Below, one piece after another: positions 7,259 through 11,130 of a stretch of DNA of 11,130 bases. Under the pieces are notes generated by a model. The model ran no database searches. It worked only from the letters and a program-made list of their open reading frames with translations, and was not told where the DNA came from. Positions within the stretch are counted from its first letter, which is position 1, and each line of letters opens with the position of its first letter. Source of the stretch: Spirochaetota bacterium (GTDB lineage Bacteria; Spirochaetota; UBA4802; JAFGDQ01); contig JAZDKB010000042.1 of the NCBI GenBank assembly GCA_043803405.1, positions 1-11,130 of the forward strand, in the 5' to 3' direction. The translations under genes and the position numbers were made by a program.

Positions 7259-9346
7259 ATGAGCAATTTCATAGTACTTGTCAAGCAGGTCCCGGATATT
7301 TCCCAAATTACTGACAATGCATTTAATTCTGAGACCGGTACACTTATTCGCACCAGATTGCAAAATGTCATCAACGGGCTCGATGCAGAGGCCCTTGCGT
7401 TTGCATATCAAATGAGGAAGGTCAGCGGAGATGTAAATGCCAGGATTATCTGTCTTTCTATGGGTCCTCCGATGGCAGAAGAAGTCCTGCGTTATGCGTT
7501 GAGCCGCTGCGCCGATACCGCCATACTTCTCACTGACCGTGCGCTAGGCGGCGCCGATACAGTAGCTACGGCAAATCCGCTTGCTTATGCAATCCGAAAA
7601 ATTGAGCGTGATCTTTTAGACGGGAGCCGCGATTACTATGTCATTACCGGGATGCAGTCCGTGGATGGGGATACCGCGCAGGTGCCGGCACAGATCGCAG
7701 AGGAGCTTGGGATCGGATGCGTTCCGTATGTAACCAGTGTTGATTTTCATGAAGGCAGATTTTTATTTAACAGAATTATAAGCGGCGGTAGCCAGACAGT
7801 AGCTCCAAAAATAATTCCGACGGTCATTACAGTTGCAAAATACGAATATCCGCTCTATGCCGGTTTTTCGGCGACAAGGCGCGCCAATAAAACAAAAATC
7901 ATCGAATGGAGTGCCGCTGATATACAGGCGACTCAAACAGGAGTGAAAGGATCAAAAACCCAGGTAATAAGAATTTTCCCTCCCGGAAAATCAACCCGCA
8001 AATGCAAACAGGTCAAGGATTTAAATGAGCTTTCCGAAGCTCTTTTAAACAGTTATTATACGGGTGCCGGCAAATCAGCCGGTACATCCGGATCAGCTTC
8101 ATATGTTTTACCCGGAAAAAGAAATCATTTTTTTGAGCGCAATTTTGAAAGCCTTGAGAGAGAAAACCAGAGCTTTAAGATACTTGCCGATAAAATGCGT
8201 GAACTCGGTATTGAAGATCTCTATGACCTTGATGAAGAATTGATGTCAAGGCTGACACTTAATCTTAGACCGCATTTAGAAGAGCATAATATTAAAACTA
8301 TGATCGAGGGGATGAAGCAATTCAATGCATCTTTTCAGGGGGATGTGTGGGTTGTTGCAGAACATGACCAAGGTGTAATTCATCCTGCTTCTCTTGAGTT
8401 AATCGGAAAAGCGAGGGAGCTTGCAAATTCCCTGGAAGTCAAAGTCGGCGCTGTGCTTGCCGGCTACATGGTGGAAGGACTGGCCCGCCAGCTTATAATT
8501 TACGGCGCCGATAAAGTCTATTGCGCCGAGCATGAGCTCCTGGATCATTTTGATCCCCTGTCTGCCCGCAAAGCTGTTGCGGACCTTATATCTGCGAACT
8601 GGCCTCAGATCGTTCTTTTTGCTGCGACACCGGCCGGGAGGATACTGGCGCCGATGGTTTCTTACAGGCTGAATTGCGGTCTTACTGCAGACTGCACATC
8701 TCTGGACATAAGAGACAATACAAAAAAAGGTCAGATTGCCGTTCTGCTTCAGACAAGACCGGCTCTCGGCGGAAACATTATGGCTACGATAGCTACTATC
8801 AATTCACGTTCGCAAATGGCTACAGCACGCCCCGGAATAATGAAAAAAATCAAGCCTGATGAATCGCGCACCGGATCTGTTTTCAAACACGAGTTAAAAC
8901 TCACCGAATCAGATTTGTGCATGGAAATTCAAAAAAGCGAAGAAGCAACAGGAAGGGTAAATTTTGATGTCGAAGTGATTGTCAGCGGCGGAAAAGGTCT
9001 TCAGGACAGGGATAATTATGAAGAGTTGATAGACTCCCTATGTAACATATTAAAGAAAAAGTTAGGTACCGAGGTAGAAAAAGGCGCATCGAGGGCAGCT
9101 GTTGAAAGGGGTTTTATTGGGAGGCCTTACCAGGTTGGGCAAACCGGTACGGCAGTAGGGCCGAAATTATATCTGGCACTGGGAATAAGCGGAGCTATCC
9201 AGCATATGATTGGGGTTGCAAACACTGAAACCATAATTGCAATCAACAGCGACCCCAATGCGCCGATTTTTAAAATGTGCGATTATTACATGATAGGCAA
9301 TGTTGAGGAAATAATACCGCTATTGGTCAAAGAGCTGGAGGCATAA
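7259..9346 (+). CDS. Fused electron transfer flavoprotein beta-alpha (EtfB-EtfA / FixA-FixB-like), bifurcating-type motifs
   Basis: aa 1-~265 are EtfB-like (VKQVPD, SMGPP, LLTDRALGGADTVATA, GMQSVDGDTAQVP, GVKGSKTQV). aa ~362-695 are EtfA-like (VWVVAEH, GLTADCT, QTRPALGGNIMATI, QMATARPG, IVSGGKG, GASRAAV, QVGQTG, GISGAIQH, AINSDPNAPIF). The frame is continuous; SD GAGGAG at 7247-7252. Confidence 0.93.
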   Translation: MSNFIVLVKQVPDISQITDNAFNSETGTLIRTRLQNVINGLDAEALAFAYQMRKVSGDVNARIICLSMGPPMAEEVLRYALSRCADTAILLTDRALGGADTVATANPLAYAIRKIERDLLDGSRDYYVITGMQSVDGDTAQVPAQIAEELGIGCVPYVTSVDFHEGRFLFNRIISGGSQTVAPKIIPTVITVAKYEYPLYAGFSATRRANKTKIIEWSAADIQATQTGVKGSKTQVIRIFPPGKSTRKCKQVKDLNELSEALLNSYYTGAGKSAGTSGSASYVLPGKRNHFFERNFESLERENQSFKILADKMRELGIEDLYDLDEELMSRLTLNLRPHLEEHNIKTMIEGMKQFNASFQGDVWVVAEHDQGVIHPASLELIGKARELANSLEVKVGAVLAGYMVEGLARQLIIYGADKVYCAEHELLDHFDPLSARKAVADLISANWPQIVLFAATPAGRILAPMVSYRLNCGLTADCTSLDIRDNTKKGQIAVLLQTRPALGGNIMATIATINSRSQMATARPGIMKKIKPDESRTGSVFKHELKLTESDLCMEIQKSEEATGRVNFDVEVIVSGGKGLQDRDNYEELIDSLCNILKKKLGTEVEKGASRAAVERGFIGRPYQVGQTGTAVGPKLYLALGISGAIQHMIGVANTETIIAINSDPNAPIFKMCDYYMIGNVEEIIPLLVKELEA

Positions 9347-9350
9347 TACT

Positions 9351-11021
9351 ATGGAGACAGAAAAAAAGAACAACAAAACATCCGTACTTATTGTTGGTGC
9401 AGGACCGGCAGGACTTACATGCGCGCTATCCGCAAAGCGCAATAATCCGGGACTCGAAATATGCGTTATCGATAAGGGATTTGACCTGGGAAACCATACT
9501 CTGTCAGGCGCCCTGCTGGAATCCGATGCCGCGCACCGGTTGATGGATTTAATAAAGGAAAACCGGCAGGATGATGAATCAGTAATAGAGTTATTTTCCA
9601 GAACCGTTGAACGCGATGATATAATTTTTTTGTTTGGAAAAAAAATAAAATTAAACGTGAGTTTTTTAATACGTATTGCAAGTCTGCTAAAGCTCGGCAT
9701 AGGTAAAATGAGACATGATGGAGATTATATAGTTTCAATTTCCAGGCTTACAAAGTGGCTTGGACAAGAGGCACGCAAGGCCGGCATAGAAGTTTTGTCA
9801 GGTTTTTCCGCTAAAGATATTCTGCTAAACGATAACGGGAGCGGAGCAACCGGCATTAAGCTGGTTGACCAGGGCATTGATAAGGAAGGGAATAAACAGC
9901 CGAATTATTCCGAAGGAGAGATAATTGAAGCTGATGTTATTGTATTGGCAGAAGGATGTGATGGACTTGTAACCGAAAGCTTTATAGAAAAAGCGTCGCT
10001 CAAACGACAGAGAAACCAACTCTTTTCAATCGGAGTGAAAGAAGTCATAAAGGTCAGTGAGGAACAATATAAAAAATTCGGGGATAACAGGGTTGTTCAT
10101 ACGCTTGGCTATCCTATATGGACTCCGGTTCTGGGACCAGGCATATTCGGCGGCGGACTTATGTATTCTTACGGAGACAACTGCATCGCGGTAGGAATTA
10201 TATGCGGGCTTGACTGGAAGGAATTTGATTTTAATCCGCAGGATGCGCTTACACACTTTAAAAATCATCCTTTTGTAAACCAGTTTATTAAGGATGGGAA
10301 GGTAATCGAAGCGGGAGCAAAGATGATACCCGAAGGCGGATATTACGCTATTCCCCGAAGTAATAGAACAAATAGTATCGGGAAAGGTAATGTGATAATT
10401 ATTGGAGACAGCGCCGGTTTTGTAAATATGCAAAAAATCAAGGGTCTTCATAATGCGATATATTCAGGAGTTATTGCGGGCAAAGTAGTTTCCGAAGCCG
10501 TAAAAGATCCTTTTACAACAGCGCAAAGGTTCACCGACAGTATTGATCAATCGTCAGTAATTAAAGAAATGAAACAGGCCGGGAAGTTTCGCCAAACAAT
10601 TGCAGCATTCGGCAACCTTTTGGGTCTCCCCTTAACTGTTTTCGGAAGGGCTCTTCCGCTTTTCCAAACTGAGCCTGATTACCGTGCCATGAGGAAAAAG
10701 AAATACAGATATAAAGGGAACAGGGAATTTGACAAGGATACATTCACCGCCCTTGCAAACACCGAACATCGCCACGAACAGCCTTCACATCTTACAATTC
10801 TGGATTCACATACTTGTTCAACAAAATGCAGACCTGTATTCAAGGAACCGTGTATTACGTTTTGTCCTGCCGGCGTATACGAAAATATTCTTGGTGTGCT
10901 CAGGACGGCAAATCCTTCGAATTGTCTGCACTGCAAGACATGTCAGCGAAAGTGTCCCTTTGACAACATACGCTGGACGGTTCCCGAAGGAGGAGGCGGA
11001 CCAAAGTATAAGTTGATGTAA
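9351..11021 (+). CDS. ETF:quinone oxidoreductase (FixC/ETF-QO family) with a C-terminal 8-Cys ferredoxin (FixX-like) domain
   Basis: FAD-binding IVGAGPAG, GNHTLSGA, LAEG, GVKEV, AKMIPEGG, GDSAGFVN, KIKGLHNAI. C-terminal HEQPSHL, CxxxC-x7-CxxxCPAGVYE, NCxxCxxCxxxCP and WTVPEGGGGPKY. SD GGAGG (9337-9341) lies inside the end of the etf gene, with a 4-nt gap. Confidence 0.93.
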   Translation: METEKKNNKTSVLIVGAGPAGLTCALSAKRNNPGLEICVIDKGFDLGNHTLSGALLESDAAHRLMDLIKENRQDDESVIELFSRTVERDDIIFLFGKKIKLNVSFLIRIASLLKLGIGKMRHDGDYIVSISRLTKWLGQEARKAGIEVLSGFSAKDILLNDNGSGATGIKLVDQGIDKEGNKQPNYSEGEIIEADVIVLAEGCDGLVTESFIEKASLKRQRNQLFSIGVKEVIKVSEEQYKKFGDNRVVHTLGYPIWTPVLGPGIFGGGLMYSYGDNCIAVGIICGLDWKEFDFNPQDALTHFKNHPFVNQFIKDGKVIEAGAKMIPEGGYYAIPRSNRTNSIGKGNVIIIGDSAGFVNMQKIKGLHNAIYSGVIAGKVVSEAVKDPFTTAQRFTDSIDQSSVIKEMKQAGKFRQTIAAFGNLLGLPLTVFGRALPLFQTEPDYRAMRKKKYRYKGNREFDKDTFTALANTEHRHEQPSHLTILDSHTCSTKCRPVFKEPCITFCPAGVYENILGVLRTANPSNCLHCKTCQRKCPFDNIRWTVPEGGGGPKYKLM

Positions 11022-11090
11022 TGGATGGCGAACATTTCCAATAGGAAATCTGGTATGGCAAGTACTCTATATTTTCATTTATAAAAAACA

Positions 11091-11120
11091 TTGACATTAC
11101 TATAAAATATATTATATATA
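11091..11120 (+). promoter_or_regulatory. Possible sigma70 promoter for a gene beyond the window
   Basis: TTGACA (11091-11096) followed by TATATA-type hexamers at 16-18 nt spacing. Confidence 0.45.
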
Positions 11121-11130
11121 TAAGTATATT

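Noticed and set aside
8060..8077. TGAGKS in the ETF linker resembling a Walker A motif
   Set aside because: It lacks the first G/A of [GA]xxxxGK[ST] and a preceding beta-strand; it is part of a Gly/Ser linker.
11034..11049. ATTTCC-AATA-GGAAAT hairpin after the oxidoreductase stop
   Set aside because: A weak, AT-rich 6-bp stem with no U-tract; not enough to call a terminator.
7193..11097. Short alternative ORFs across the etf and oxidoreductase genes
   Set aside because: They overlap confident CDSs and have no motif support.
1..11130. CRISPR arrays, long tandem repeats, intact transposases, selenocysteine or stop-codon recoding
   Set aside because: No regularly spaced repeats or transposase ORFs were seen, and all main genes are full length under the standard bacterial code.

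Overview
AT-rich bacterial chromosomal window, probably from an anaerobic or microaerobic organism (a spirochaete-like origin is only a guess). Gene order: icmF (-; fused B12-dependent isobutyryl-CoA mutase/G-protein chaperone) ending at a bidirectional terminator; a secreted hypothetical protein (+) behind a perfect sigma70 promoter; rpsT (S20); tRNA-Val(TAC) followed by an att-like hairpin and what looks like a truncated tyrosine-integrase N-terminus; a signal-peptide-bearing dienelactone hydrolase; a HAD phosphatase (-); and a two-gene redox operon. The operon encodes a single-chain EtfB-EtfA fusion with electron-bifurcating-type motifs and a ~93-aa extra insert, plus an ETF:quinone oxidoreductase with eight C-terminal cysteines (FixX-like 2x[4Fe-4S]). 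The best candidate for an unusual system is this apparent FixABCX condensed into two polypeptides, near an NKxE-variant IcmF. All calls come from motif reading; no searches were run.
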